A stretch of DNA of 64,000 nt from Nitrospinaceae bacterium (lineage in GTDB: Bacteria; Nitrospinota; Nitrospinia; Nitrospinales; Nitrospinaceae), in the NCBI GenBank assembly GCA_028278405.1, contig JANQEK010000037.1:160662-224661 (forward strand), in the 5' to 3' direction. Shown piece after piece: positions 1 to 10,817 of the stretch. Both the position numbers and the translations under genes were made by a program. The notes under the pieces were generated by a model, which saw only the letters and a list, made by a program, of their open reading frames with translations, ran no database searches and had not been told where the DNA came from. Position 1 is the first letter of the stretch. The number at the start of each line of letters is the position of its first letter.

Positions 1-335
1 TTTATGAAAACCGGGTTCACGACCAGGTGGTCCACTCCCGCATCCCGGGTGATATAGATCATATCTTCCGGTGTCAGCATAAAGTTGTAGGGAACCACGG
101 GCAGGCCCTTGAGGAGAGCCCCGAGAAGGGCGATCAGGTATTCTTTCTGATTGAGGCACAGGAGACCCAGTTTGCTGTCCGGACCGAGCGAAAGGGTGTC
201 CAGCCCTCCGGCAAAACGCTCCACCTGCTCCAGCAGTTGGGCGTAGGTTACGGTGGCTTCACCGTCGATAATAGCAGGATGGTCCGGTTGAGCCTCGGCG
301 TGCTTTTTGATGAGTTTATGGAATTCGAGAGCCAT
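1..335 (-). CDS. AMP-dependent synthetase/ligase (acyl-CoA synthetase-like), N-terminal part only; the gene runs off the left edge
   Basis: Own translation of the minus strand from the ATG (complement of 333-335) gives MALEFHKLIKKHAEAQPDHPAIIDGEATVTYAQLLEQVERFAGGLDTLSLGPDSKLGLLCLNQKEYLIALLGALLKGLPVVPYNFMLTPEDMIYITRDAGVDHLVV. This is the usual N-terminal layout of ANL adenylating enzymes. It is not in the ORF track because no stop lies inside the window. The + ORF 27..362 is its antisense shadow. Confidence 0.6.
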   Translation of the reverse strand, partial: MALEFHKLIKKHAEAQPDHPAIIDGEATVTYAQLLEQVERFAGGLDTLSLGPDSKLGLLCLNQKEYLIALLGALLKGLPVVPYNFMLTPEDMIYITRDAGVDHLVVNPVFI

Positions 336-610
336 TTTATTTGCAGGAGATGGGTTTCCTAAGGCCGAGCGAGCAGGTGTTTACTAATAGCATGGATTTA
401 CCGATAAGGACAACATGCAAAAGGAGAATCACAAATATTTTGCTTCTTCAATCCTCGGTCCTGAATTCATCATCTAATGGGTAGAGATTTTGTGCATTAA
501 ACCTGCTGAAAAGGCGGGAACACGGAAGTATATCCATTTTTGTTTATATTTTTGTTTGTAATCGAATTACCGATATAAGATAATGAATTACAATCACTTT
601 TAGGAAGATC

Positions 611-1990
611 ATGATTTATAGAAAACGACCGGCCGGATTCCGGAAACTCATTGTAGGGAAACGACTTGCCCTTATAGCCTTGGTGGCTGCGCTGGCTTTT
701 GTTGTCGCCTGCGGCCAAACGGAACCGGAGGAGTCCGCGAAAAAGCCAAATCGGGAACTGGTTCTCCCGGTCCAAATCGGCAAGGTGATCTTCAAGGATG
801 TGATTGATGAAATCAATTCCGTGGGCAATGTGGCGGCGGAGCAGCGGGTAGTCATCACCTCTGAAGTGAACGGGCGCCTCAAATCATTGCCTGTTGAAGA
901 AGGATCAAAAGTCAAGGCGGGGCAGATGCTGGCGCTCATCGACATCCGTGATTATCGCCTTCAGGTAGGACAACTGCGTGCCGAGCAGGACAGCGCCCGT
1001 AAAGAATATGAAAAAACATTAAGCGGTCTCCGGCCCGAGGATAAGGAAAAACTCCAGGCCCAAGTCAAAGCGGATCAGAGCGCTCTCGATCTCGCGATCA
1101 AAGTGCAAAGGAGAATGGAGCAACTGGTTCTGGATGGGGTGGTGTCTCAATCCCTGCTGGATGAAGCCAATGACAAAGTGGCCCGCGCCCAGGAAACCCT
1201 GCGTTCCAGCAAAGCGGCATTGACAGCAGGAGGAAAATCCCGCGAAGAAGATATTTTAAAAAGTAAATCCAATCTGGACTCGGTCACCAAAAAACTGGAA
1301 ATGGCTCAATTGAATCTTTCCAAAGCAATCATTCGGGCGCCGTTCGATGGCGTGGTCATTTCCAAGAAAATTGAGGTGGGTGCCTATGCCGGTTCCGGTA
1401 CGGCTATTCTGGAAATGATTGGATCTTCCAAACTGAAAGCGGTGTTGGAGATTCCCCAAAGTTACCGCGGCAAGCTGGAAAAAATAAGCCGGATTGATTT
1501 CAAGGTGGAGGAATTAGGTCTGGGCTTCGTCATGGATGAAAACCTGAAGCAGCGGGTACGGGTGATTCCCGATGCCAACATTTTTTCGGGTAACATCAAG
1601 GTGCAGGTGGAGTTGCCCAGTCATCTCAACACCTTGTTCCCTGGTTTGACCCTCGAAGCCCGCATGCAATTTGATACCCGCCGACAGGTCAAGCATGTGC
1701 CCTCTATCTCGCTGGTGATCGGCGAAAAAGGAACGGTGGTGTATGCGGTAGAGAATGGGCGCGCCAAGCTGGTTCCAGTGCGGGCGTTCCGGGAACGGGA
1801 TGGTCTGGTGGAGGTCGACGACTTTACCCATCAGTTGAACCGTGACACCCGGCTGATCCAACGGGGTTCCGGGGCGATGTTCCCGGGCGTCAAAGTGTTT
1901 CCAACAAATCCCGAACCCCAGGCGAAACCTCCTTTTAATTCTGCCGAAAAAGGAAAACCCCGACCCAAGAGTGGTCCTCGAGGCACCTGA
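611..1990 (+). CDS. Efflux RND transporter periplasmic adaptor (membrane fusion protein, HlyD family), lipoprotein
   Basis: The N-terminal signal has a lipobox (LAFVVAC). A long coiled-coil region and barrel-sandwich motifs typical of MFPs follow. AGGAAG lies upstream of the ATG. The stop overlaps the start of the RND pump gene (ATGA). Confidence 0.85.
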   Translation: MIYRKRPAGFRKLIVGKRLALIALVAALAFVVACGQTEPEESAKKPNRELVLPVQIGKVIFKDVIDEINSVGNVAAEQRVVITSEVNGRLKSLPVEEGSKVKAGQMLALIDIRDYRLQVGQLRAEQDSARKEYEKTLSGLRPEDKEKLQAQVKADQSALDLAIKVQRRMEQLVLDGVVSQSLLDEANDKVARAQETLRSSKAALTAGGKSREEDILKSKSNLDSVTKKLEMAQLNLSKAIIRAPFDGVVISKKIEVGAYAGSGTAILEMIGSSKLKAVLEIPQSYRGKLEKISRIDFKVEELGLGFVMDENLKQRVRVIPDANIFSGNIKVQVELPSHLNTLFPGLTLEARMQFDTRRQVKHVPSISLVIGEKGTVVYAVENGRAKLVPVRAFRERDGLVEVDDFTHQLNRDTRLIQRGSGAMFPGVKVFPTNPEPQAKPPFNSAEKGKPRPKSGPRGT

Positions 1991-4900
1991 TGAAACTCGT
2001 CGACGGTTCCATCCGAAATTACCACACGGTGATGGTTGCCATTGTAATGGCAGCGGTTGTTGGACTGATTTGCTACGAAACCCTGCCGCGACAACTCACT
2101 CCTACGGTTGATAAGCCGTTGATTGAAGTTCGGACTCAGTATCGTGGGCTTTCTCCCAACGAGGTCGAGCGCAATATCACCCGCCGGCTGGAGGAACAGT
2201 TGGAGACGGTGGAAGGCCTGAAGAAAATGACCTCGCGGAGCCAGCACGGGGAAAGCTCCATTACCCTCGAGTTTGAATGGGGCACCGACAAGAAAATCGC
2301 CACCATCGACGTCAACAACAAACTCCAGCAGGTTAAAGACCTGCCGGTTCTTGCCGACAAACCGGTGTTGAAATCGATCTCCACCGACAATTCCAATCCC
2401 ATCATGTGGGTGATTGTAGAGAAGCCCAACCCGAAGATGCCGGATCTCGATCAGAACTACATGTTCAAAATAGGGGAAGATATTGTTGTGCCCCTCCTGC
2501 AACGAGTGGAAGGAGTCTCCGAGGTTTGGCATTTTGGAGGAGAAGAGCGGGAGATGCGGGTCGAGTTTGATCCCTACAGCCTGGCAAGGCTCCACCTGAC
2601 CTATGATGACGTGATCAAGAAACTCTCCGGAGAAAACCAGAATACCCGCGCCGGGTTTCATGATGAGCCCGACCGAGAGTACACCGTTCGAACTCTGGGA
2701 GAGTTTAAAAATCCAGCGGACATTTTAAAAACGGTTATCAAACGGGATGGCGATAAAACCATCCGCGTAAGCGATTTCGCCCATGTGGTCGACGGTTACG
2801 AGAGAACCACCTCGCTGGTCCGGATCAACGGACGGATATCCAACGCATTCGGAATTATCAGAGAACACGGCGCCAATGTGGTGAGCACCTGCAACCTGGC
2901 CACGGAAACCATCGAAAAATTGAACCGTGAACTTCTCAGCCGCGGCGTTCCAATGCAACTGAAGATCGTCTACAAGGATGTAGATTATATTGACGAGGCG
3001 ATGTATCTGGTTAAATCCAACCTGGCTTTAGGTGCGGTGCTTGCGGTGGTCGTTTTGTTGTTGTTTCTCGGTTCGGTGCGGTCGGTGTTGATCATCGCGA
3101 TCAGCATACCGGTCAGTCTGGTGGCGGTTTTCATCATTCTAAAGTTGCTCGGACGAAGCATCAATATTATCTCCCTGGCCGGGATGGCATTTGCTGTTGG
3201 CATGGTGGTGGATAACTCGATTGTGGTGCTGGAAAATATTTACCGACATCTCACTATGAAAAAGGGAGTTTTCAAAGCTGCTTACGATGGCACGGTCGAG
3301 GTGTGGGGAGCGGTCCTGTCGTCGACCTTGACCACTCTGGCGGTATTTCTGCCGATCGTGTTTATTCGTGAAGAGGCTGGGCAACTGTTCCAGGATATTG
3401 CCATTACCATCAGCGCCAGTATTGCATTGTCGTTGATTGTTTCCATTACAGTGATTCCCACGTTGACCACCTTGCTGATCCGTCTGCGTCCGGGTGAAAC
3501 TTACGATACGGGTTTTCTGCACCGCGGACCGCTGAAGCCCCTTGTCCTTTTTGGAGAAGGACTGGCAGCCGGCTATTCGCGGATCATGAAGTTTGTTCTG
3601 GGGACGGGACCCGGTCATATGGCTGTGAAGGCGGGAGTGATCCTCGGTATTGCCGGCATGCTGTTGTGGAGCACTATGATCCTTCCGGAACGCGACTATC
3701 TGCCTTCGGGTAACAGCAACATGGTGTTCATGTTCATTGATCCAGTGGCGGGAATGCCGGTGGAGCAGAATATGAAGTTTTTTGCTGATTACGAAAAAGA
3801 AATCACCCAGATGGATGATGTGAATAACAACTTTCTAGTGTTTTCCAACCGGTTCAACGGCGGCGGGGCGATCGTCAAACCCGAGTTGGCGCGGGGCCAG
3901 CGCGGCGAAGTGAAAATGTCGGTAAAATCCAAAGAGATGGGTGGACGCATTTTCCAGATACCCGGCTACCGGTTTGCTTTTGCTTCCCAACGCCCCATTT
4001 TTCGTTCTGCGTCCAAGACGTTTGATATTGAAATTGTCGGGCCGGATATTTTCCGGTTAAAACAGATCGCTCTGGATTTGTTGAAGGACATTTCCGGAAG
4101 CGAGGGTGTGCACTCCGTTCGCCCGGATTTCAAGCTGGGCAATCCCGAACTGCGTTTCATTCCGCGGCGCCTGAACAACGCGCGCCTGAAGATGGGAGTT
4201 CCCGAAATCGGTGACATCATCGAATCCCTGAATGCCGGCAAATATTTGGGAGAATTTAATGACCGGGGAGAGCCGATCGACTTCGTTCTGGTACGGGCGG
4301 ATGATGAAAAGTTGGGATTAAATGATTATAAAAATCTCCCTGTCTGGACCGATGAAAAAATGATGACAAACCTGGGTTACCTGGCGGATATTGAAATTGC
4401 CTCTGGCCCGGCTCGCATTGACCACATTGAGAAAGAACGCGCAGCCAAATTGCTGGTCCAGGTGCACAAGTCGTATCCCATGCAGAAAGTGATCGAGCGT
4501 GTGGAACAGGAAAACCTTGTCCCTGCCAGAAGAAACCTGTCGGAAGAATATGGGTTGCGCATCGGCGGTACAGCGGATGATCTGGCGTCAACCGAGGAGT
4601 CTTTGCTGAATAGTTTTTTCTACGCGATTGGTTTCATATATTTACTGCTTGTTGCACTATTCAAATCCTTCGTACGTCCTTTCATCGTCATGTTGACCGT
4701 GGTTCTGGCGGTCTCCGGTTCGTTTTTTGGGATTTCCGGGAACAATGTCCTGCAAAGGTTCAATATCCGATCAATTCTCGAAGATTTTAAAGTGCCGAAT
4801 CCGGATGCCATGCTTCAGGGCTGGGATTGGATCACATTCGATATCTTAACGCAGTTGGGAATCATTATCCTGGCTGGAATCGTGGTGAACAACGCGATTC

Positions 4901-5256
4901 TGATTGTGCATCAAATGCTGAATAATATTCGTTCAGGTATGAACGAACGCGAAGCTTTGCAAAAATCCTGTGAGACCCGCCTTCGGCCCATTATGATGAC
5001 CGTCATCTCTTCCGTAAGCGGTATGATTCCGCTCGCTTTTGGCGAGGGCGCGGGCACGGAGCTGTATCGCGGGATGGGTACCGCGCTGATCGGCGGCTTG
5101 ATGTTCTCAACGATCTTTACCCTGTTTCTTGTGCCGGTATTGATTTCGCTGATGACTGACCTCGGGATGCACACCCGTAAAGAAGATCTCGTGAAAGCAT
5201 CTCTCCAGCGGGACGATTTTAAACCCGCACCCCATGTAGAAACTCCCGCTCAATAA
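1990..5256 (+). CDS. Efflux RND transporter permease (AcrB/AcrD/AcrF-type, 1088 aa)
   Basis: Length and 12-TM / two-large-loop layout fit the family. Typical N-terminus (SIRNYHTVMVAIVMAAVVGLICYETLPRQLTP) and motifs such as AFAVGMVVDNSIVVLENI are present. It is translationally coupled to the adaptor gene. No outer-membrane factor gene is adjacent. Confidence 0.9.
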   Translation: MKLVDGSIRNYHTVMVAIVMAAVVGLICYETLPRQLTPTVDKPLIEVRTQYRGLSPNEVERNITRRLEEQLETVEGLKKMTSRSQHGESSITLEFEWGTDKKIATIDVNNKLQQVKDLPVLADKPVLKSISTDNSNPIMWVIVEKPNPKMPDLDQNYMFKIGEDIVVPLLQRVEGVSEVWHFGGEEREMRVEFDPYSLARLHLTYDDVIKKLSGENQNTRAGFHDEPDREYTVRTLGEFKNPADILKTVIKRDGDKTIRVSDFAHVVDGYERTTSLVRINGRISNAFGIIREHGANVVSTCNLATETIEKLNRELLSRGVPMQLKIVYKDVDYIDEAMYLVKSNLALGAVLAVVVLLLFLGSVRSVLIIAISIPVSLVAVFIILKLLGRSINIISLAGMAFAVGMVVDNSIVVLENIYRHLTMKKGVFKAAYDGTVEVWGAVLSSTLTTLAVFLPIVFIREEAGQLFQDIAITISASIALSLIVSITVIPTLTTLLIRLRPGETYDTGFLHRGPLKPLVLFGEGLAAGYSRIMKFVLGTGPGHMAVKAGVILGIAGMLLWSTMILPERDYLPSGNSNMVFMFIDPVAGMPVEQNMKFFADYEKEITQMDDVNNNFLVFSNRFNGGGAIVKPELARGQRGEVKMSVKSKEMGGRIFQIPGYRFAFASQRPIFRSASKTFDIEIVGPDIFRLKQIALDLLKDISGSEGVHSVRPDFKLGNPELRFIPRRLNNARLKMGVPEIGDIIESLNAGKYLGEFNDRGEPIDFVLVRADDEKLGLNDYKNLPVWTDEKMMTNLGYLADIEIASGPARIDHIEKERAAKLLVQVHKSYPMQKVIERVEQENLVPARRNLSEEYGLRIGGTADDLASTEESLLNSFFYAIGFIYLLLVALFKSFVRPFIVMLTVVLAVSGSFFGISGNNVLQRFNIRSILEDFKVPNPDAMLQGWDWITFDILTQLGIIILAGIVVNNAILIVHQMLNNIRSGMNEREALQKSCETRLRPIMMTVISSVSGMIPLAFGEGAGTELYRGMGTALIGGLMFSTIFTLFLVPVLISLMTDLGMHTRKEDLVKASLQRDDFKPAPHVETPAQ

Positions 5257-5288
5257 ACTTTCGCTGGATCAGGATCGATCTTCAAAAG

Positions 5289-8063
5289 CTACTTTTGAAG
5301 ACGAAAAGGAATTTTCCACGTGTCCTGTTGTGAGGCGAACACAATATCCATGTAACGCGTTTCCGGTGGTGCCTGGACCTCGGCCTGCCAAACGTTTTTC
5401 CCCTCAACATCCATTTTTTTGATGCGTGGATTTTTTTGGTTCAAAGGTTTCCCGCGCAAATTGAGGGGAGTGAAATGAACCAGAGTTTCGCGCGGCCCCT
5501 CGATTTCCATGCGCACACCGTTTTCGCCAATCCCGGTAAACTTCGCTTTCAGTCCATTGGGCGATTGGGCCTTGCTGCCAAGTGAAAAAAGGTCCAAACG
5601 AAACGACTTCAACTTGCGTGGCAGACGAATATTCAGATACCCTTCAAAACCCACCGGAGTCAGGTTCTCGTCTTCTTCTTTCACAGGTCCTGCCTCAATT
5701 CGAACTTGATCTCCTTTCAAGGGAAAAACGTAGTTGGAGCTCAGGTTCAAAAACTGCTCGTCTTTCACTGAAAGGTTCTTTGTTGCCGGGTTGTTTCCGT
5801 CTTTGACAATCACCTTTTCAACAATCAACTGGGCGGCAGACAGATTGTTGAAGATAGCTTCATTATCCGGAGAGTGGACGAGAAAAGATCCCGAAGCGTA
5901 TTTTCCGGGTTGTTTCCACTTGCTCTGCACACGGATACTTTGATTCATGCAGATATAAAAAGGACGTGATCGGAATTCTATGGAGCCATAGGAGCAGACT
6001 TTCTGCTTGGGTGTAGAAGCCCTTTGATTGCGGAACGCTCTTCGAGATTGAGTTTCCACGGAAACCGGCTTGAAAAACGGGTCTGCGGGGCGTGCGGGAC
6101 GCTGGAATTTGAACTGAAAGGGATAAGTTTTTTTGGATATTTGCCCGGCTAAAACGAATTCCACGGTTTTGGGTTTCCCGCGAAACTGATTGCTCTTGTT
6201 GACTCCTTTTCCAAAAAACAACGGGGATGACATGGAACCTGCGCTTTGAAGATATTTCCCGGATCGGTTCAGGGCGCGCGTTTCGAGCAAGCGGTTTACT
6301 TTGCCGCTGGCGATGAAGCTGACCGAGTCGCTCGCAGCAGACTTCATCTTGATTCGAAAGCCGCCGGATTGAACGACTTTATTTTTGAACGGGGCTGGGA
6401 TTCTCTTTTTGACAACGTTTGAAGGAAGTTGAATGCTGACCTCGCCTTCTATGGTGGCGATATCAGAGAGCCGGGTTCCGGGTTTCAGGTGAACCGTTTT
6501 GGTACCCTGAAGAACATCAAGCGTCAGATTGGACCATCGAGGTTTATTCTGCATCAGCTTTCGAATGGTTGGGGTTTTCTTAACACGCTTGACTTCTACG
6601 TTCCGGAATCCCCTTTGCAGGGCAACGGATTTGGAATTGCGATCTTTGCCGCACGGCTCGTCTCTTAACAATTCCTTACCGCTTTTACTGAGTACATGGG
6701 TGACTCGCAACCAGGCGCCCGTTCCCTCACCCTCCTTGGCAAAAGAGTTGATTTCAAGCTTTGGAACGGAACTGCTCACAACTTCCAAGCCGAGGTTGAC
6801 AACTCCCGGTTGCTCCGGATGGAGTGAGATTTCCTTGACCTGAATGCCAAAAGGTCCGGTAGCGGCTGCGTAACTTTCGTTCGGGTTGGCCATAGTATCG
6901 AAAGGATCAAGGTCCTCGGGCCTGGGGATGTTCTTATATTGGTTGACATCCTTGTGAGGTAGGATTTTCTCGCTGGAAGCCTCGTTGTCACCTGAAATGG
7001 ACATGGATGAGGAAAGAGCCGATGCAAACCAATCCACCCCTTCCTGAAAGACGCCTTTGATGTCCTTAACAAGCGCTTCATTGATTTTCGCCTGCAGGAT
7101 CAGTTTGTCATCGGTGGCTTTGGAATCGAGGTAGCTCAGTAGATTTTTTAAACTTTTGAATTCCTTTTCAATGCCTTGAATAGTTTTCTTTTTCCATTTT
7201 TGGATTTCCTGATGCTGCTCCCGGTTCCAGGCCGCATCGGTGGATTCCAAAAGCAATTCCAAATCGATTCCTGCTGGATCCCAAGTGATGGTGCCGCCGC
7301 TGTAAAACCCGGTTACCGGAGCCATTTTTTCCTGCATGGATTGAGCCATCATTCGGAGGAACCCATCTTCGGGAATTTCTTTAAGATTTTTAGGCAGGAA
7401 AACTGCGAGGCTGAATAATTTGCCCGTGCGATAATTGCGCCATGAGGAAAGATCCTGCTCGGCTTTCGCGTTATCACCCCGCTTCAGGAATCTGGATACT
7501 GTTTCGGGATCACCGGTGATCAGGCGATTTTTCTCTGCAACTAAAATTTCAGGCCGCGAGGGTTTGCAGGTATCGGTATCAATCGGAGACCAGAGCCAGG
7601 CGGTGCGTCCGTTGATCTCGGTTTGTTTCACATCCTTGTTTGTTTTCCAATATTCAGTCAGGGTTTCAACAGAAAAATTTCCTAATGCAATTTGTACCTG
7701 ATGTTTCTTGTTTTTGTCCCGGGCATAAAATCCGCCGATAATGTAATCCACTGATTTGCTCAAATCAATCCCGGAATCTCCCAGGAATTTTAGAAAGGAA
7801 GTATTCGTTTTATTACCATTACCAGTGGAGGTTGGCAGAGCGAGAGGATCTTCCTCGCCGATGAAGGCCTTTTCGAGGCGCAGGAAATAGTCCATATCGA
7901 GATAAACCAATCCCGCCAGATCAGGGGTTGCAAGAGCGTCTTCAAGTGCCAAAAGGCTCTGGGGCGTGGGTTGAGGTTCAGCTTTTTTAGTGGATTTCGC
8001 GAATCCCGAGCCGGCAACTGTTAAGGCAATCAGAAGTACAACGACATTAAAAATTCGAAGCAT
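5289..8063 (-). CDS. Large secreted protein of unknown function (about 924 aa from the internal Met; the ORF extends to 8132)
   Basis: It is a long uninterrupted ORF. From Met at 8063 the N-terminus MLRIFNVVVLLIALTVAGSGFAKS is a classical signal peptide. The protein is Lys-rich and I recognise no family motif. Confidence 0.6.
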   Translation of the reverse strand: MLRIFNVVVLLIALTVAGSGFAKSTKKAEPQPTPQSLLALEDALATPDLAGLVYLDMDYFLRLEKAFIGEEDPLALPTSTGNGNKTNTSFLKFLGDSGIDLSKSVDYIIGGFYARDKNKKHQVQIALGNFSVETLTEYWKTNKDVKQTEINGRTAWLWSPIDTDTCKPSRPEILVAEKNRLITGDPETVSRFLKRGDNAKAEQDLSSWRNYRTGKLFSLAVFLPKNLKEIPEDGFLRMMAQSMQEKMAPVTGFYSGGTITWDPAGIDLELLLESTDAAWNREQHQEIQKWKKKTIQGIEKEFKSLKNLLSYLDSKATDDKLILQAKINEALVKDIKGVFQEGVDWFASALSSSMSISGDNEASSEKILPHKDVNQYKNIPRPEDLDPFDTMANPNESYAAATGPFGIQVKEISLHPEQPGVVNLGLEVVSSSVPKLEINSFAKEGEGTGAWLRVTHVLSKSGKELLRDEPCGKDRNSKSVALQRGFRNVEVKRVKKTPTIRKLMQNKPRWSNLTLDVLQGTKTVHLKPGTRLSDIATIEGEVSIQLPSNVVKKRIPAPFKNKVVQSGGFRIKMKSAASDSVSFIASGKVNRLLETRALNRSGKYLQSAGSMSSPLFFGKGVNKSNQFRGKPKTVEFVLAGQISKKTYPFQFKFQRPARPADPFFKPVSVETQSRRAFRNQRASTPKQKVCSYGSIEFRSRPFYICMNQSIRVQSKWKQPGKYASGSFLVHSPDNEAIFNNLSAAQLIVEKVIVKDGNNPATKNLSVKDEQFLNLSSNYVFPLKGDQVRIEAGPVKEEDENLTPVGFEGYLNIRLPRKLKSFRLDLFSLGSKAQSPNGLKAKFTGIGENGVRMEIEGPRETLVHFTPLNLRGKPLNQKNPRIKKMDVEGKNVWQAEVQAPPETRYMDIVFASQQDTWKIPFRLQK

Positions 8064-8202
8064 GAGTCCGCCTTGAATGATGAGTGATTGGATGTTTCTT
8101 CTCAGTGTAAGGGCAAAGGTATAGGCAGACAAATACTTTGAGAATTGTTGCCGGTCAAGCTAGATGGGGAAATGTAAATCTGGTGAGCATTTGAGGGGAG
8201 GT

Positions 8203-8871
8203 TTACGCCTGATAATCTTTTTTAAGTTCCAGAATTTTTTCCTGCTTGTATTCTGGAGTAACTATTCCCACCGAAATAATGAACTTGATGCCTTCTTCTA
8301 CAGTCATGGTCAACCTGATAATATCCTCGTTGGCCACGAACACCAGAAACCCGGACGTGGGGTTGGGTGTGGTGGGCACAAACACGTTGACCAGTTTGGC
8401 GTCGGTCAACTCTTGCACTTCGCCTTCGGTGTAGCCGGTGATAAAGCCCACCGCATAGATTCCCTTGCGCGGGAACTCCACCAGGACCACCTCGCGAAAG
8501 GCTTTGGTGTCGGCGTGGGCGATGGTAGTCACCACTTGCTTGGCGCCGGTGTAGAGACTTCGCACGACTGGGATGCGTTCGACGATCATTTCTCCGAGTT
8601 GGACCAGCTTGCCACCGAGAAAGCTTTTGGTCACGACACCCACCACAAAGATGAGAAGGACGATCAGGAGCAATCCCAATCCGGGCAAACGGAAGTTCTC
8701 CGGTAATGGAGTCCCGATTCTAATCAGCAATTCGATGAACCAGGGGACGACCAGATCATCGAGAATCCTGAACAGGAAATTCAGAATGAACAAAGTGAAC
8801 GCCACCGGGACGGTGATTAGAATCCCCGTGATGAATATGTTGCGAAGGCGGCGTTTCAGGTTGCTGAACAT
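8203..8871 (-). CDS. DUF502 domain-containing membrane protein
   Basis: Two N-terminal TM helices are followed by motifs typical of DUF502/COG2928: RNIFITGILITVPVAFTLFILNF, then IPVVRSLY and GFLVFV. Confidence 0.75.
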   Translation of the reverse strand: MFSNLKRRLRNIFITGILITVPVAFTLFILNFLFRILDDLVVPWFIELLIRIGTPLPENFRLPGLGLLLIVLLIFVVGVVTKSFLGGKLVQLGEMIVERIPVVRSLYTGAKQVVTTIAHADTKAFREVVLVEFPRKGIYAVGFITGYTEGEVQELTDAKLVNVFVPTTPNPTSGFLVFVANEDIIRLTMTVEEGIKFIISVGIVTPEYKQEKILELKKDYQA

Positions 8872-9081
8872 GATGGATTGAGTCGGTTAATATGGAAACG
8901 GTTTGCGATGCTCGCGCGGGGCTGCCAAGTCTGGCAGTGTCTGCGTATCCAATTATTATAGAGAGATTTAAGGGGAAGGCAAGCGCAAGGGGAGGAGCGC
9001 CGGAGCCGGAAAATTCAATATGCAACCGTGGGGAAATCTGCTACTATCGATACACTTGGAATGCAAAACAACTGAAAAATC

Positions 9082-9157
<76 letters not shown>

Positions 9158-9161
9158 ATTT

Positions 9162-9212
9162 GCCGCTGGACTCAGGATTAACTCCCCTGATTCTGGCGGC
9201 TTTTTTGTTTTT
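9162..9212 (+). terminator. Rho-independent terminator after tRNA-Ala
   Basis: Composite hairpin GCCGCTGGA..TCAGG-loop-CCTGA..TCTGGCGGC is followed directly by TTTTTTGTTTTTG. Confidence 0.6.
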
Positions 9213-9221
9213 GTTGCAAAA

Positions 9222-10817
9222 CTAAGCCAAGGGAAACTGAAGTGTAAAAAGCGTTCCTTTTGCTGTTTCGCCCAGGGTGATTTTTCCGGAGCAGGACTCG
9301 AGCATGGTTTGGACGATGCGGAGTCCCAAACCGGTCCCCCCGTTTTCCCGATGAGTGGTGAAGAAGGGAGTGAATACTTTGTCCCGGTTCGCCGGAGGGA
9401 TGCCTCGTCCATTGTCTTTCATGTCGAGAATGACTTCATGCTCGGTTTTTCTTATGTCCAGGTCAACGCGGGTAGCTTCGTGTTGCAGGCTGTTGGTGGC
9501 CAGGTTGGAGAGAGCCGTTTCAAGAATCTCCGGCGCAATCCTGACTTGGTAGTTGGATTGAGATTGAATTTCGATATCCAGGCCCTGGGGGGCGAATTTG
9601 TTTTTCATTTTGTTCAAGGTATCCGACAAGTTGGCAGTTTCCTGGGAGGGAGTGAGGTTTTCGGCTTTGGCCAATTCCAGCAGCCGTGCGACCAGAAGCT
9701 TAAGACGGTCAGAGTCTTGCAGCATGTTCTCGATAAACTTTCTTCGTTTGTCCGGTGACATTTCATCGTAATGTTCCAGCAACAGTTCGCTGGCTCCCTG
9801 GATCGCGGTCAGCGGAGTTTTGAATTCATGCGAAACGTAAGTGGCGAATTCCCGAATATATTCCGACCGCTCATGTAATGAGAGCGCCATCTGGGAAAAA
9901 CTTTTGGAAAGCAGTTCCATTTCCTCGGTGACGGGATCGTCGAGCGGTTGCATCGCCGTGACTTTTCCCTCTGAAGCGCCCTGGGTTTGTTTGATCAATT
10001 GGTTGATGGGGCGGGAGATGGTGCGTGATGTGAAATAAACCAGAAGCAGTGTGAGTCCGATAATGGACACACCGGCCAGAATTACTTTTCCTTTTTGAGC
10101 ATACAGGTTTTTTAGAATATTTTTTGGAGTCCGGGAAATATAGATCACTCCCCACAACCGGTTTTCATAAATCACCGGAAAAGCGATGAACACACGGATA
10201 CTGGTCCCCCGGCTGATCGAAGCAATGGGTGGCGGTGGTTCATCTGATATTCTTTCGCGGATCACGCTTGTGTATTGCCCTTCCAGGGCCGAGCGAATTT
10301 CCTCTGCCCGGGCAAACGAAAGTCCGATTTCCGATTGTCCCGCAACCGCGTTTCCGTGGTAGTCGAGGATCTTGATCGCCGAGAGGGTGGTCATCTTCGT
10401 ATCGAGCAGAATGGACGATAAGTTCTTGCCGATGGCGCCGACGACCGGATCGATGCGGGAATCGAGCTCCGGCGTCACGCCGTCCGGCCGGGGAGGCAAT
10501 ACCGGGTCCTCGGACAAATCGAGTTTCGGAAGCACCGGTGTGTATTTTTCATCAACCGGTTGAAGGACGGATTCTGGCAACGGTTTGCCGTAACTGTCCG
10601 GGTCAAACATCGAGTGAATAATCTGGTTCTTGTACATTGAGGAGATGACCGCCGCCTGTGAAATGAGTTCCAATTCTGTTTGCCGGACCAGGAGGTTCTC
10701 GAATATTCTGAAAAAAAAGATGCTGCCCAGAGGAAGGATCAACACCGTCAGGTTGACCACCAGCAGAATGGTGCGAAGACGGTACTTTCGTTTTTTCTGA
10801 GAACGATTCACCGACAC
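9222..10817 (-). CDS. Sensor histidine kinase (2 TM, about 220-aa periplasmic domain, HAMP, HisKA, HATPase_c)
   Basis: H-box SHEFKTPLTAIQGASELL, N-box LATNSLQH, and G-boxes DNGRGI and GGTGLGLRIV are present. It overlaps the upstream response-regulator gene by 10 nt. Confidence 0.85.
   Translation of the reverse strand: MSVNRSQKKRKYRLRTILLVVNLTVLILPLGSIFFFRIFENLLVRQTELELISQAAVISSMYKNQIIHSMFDPDSYGKPLPESVLQPVDEKYTPVLPKLDLSEDPVLPPRPDGVTPELDSRIDPVVGAIGKNLSSILLDTKMTTLSAIKILDYHGNAVAGQSEIGLSFARAEEIRSALEGQYTSVIRERISDEPPPPIASISRGTSIRVFIAFPVIYENRLWGVIYISRTPKNILKNLYAQKGKVILAGVSIIGLTLLLVYFTSRTISRPINQLIKQTQGASEGKVTAMQPLDDPVTEEMELLSKSFSQMALSLHERSEYIREFATYVSHEFKTPLTAIQGASELLLEHYDEMSPDKRRKFIENMLQDSDRLKLLVARLLELAKAENLTPSQETANLSDTLNKMKNKFAPQGLDIEIQSQSNYQVRIAPEILETALSNLATNSLQHEATRVDLDIRKTEHEVILDMKDNGRGIPPANRDKVFTPFFTTHRENGGTGLGLRIVQTMLESCSGKITLGETAKGTLFTLQFPLA

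Noticed and set aside
27-362. 111-aa + strand ORF at the left edge
   Set aside because: It is the antisense shadow of a minus-strand gene. The minus-strand translation reads as a clean ANL-family adenylating-enzyme N-terminus. The + product has no recognisable features.
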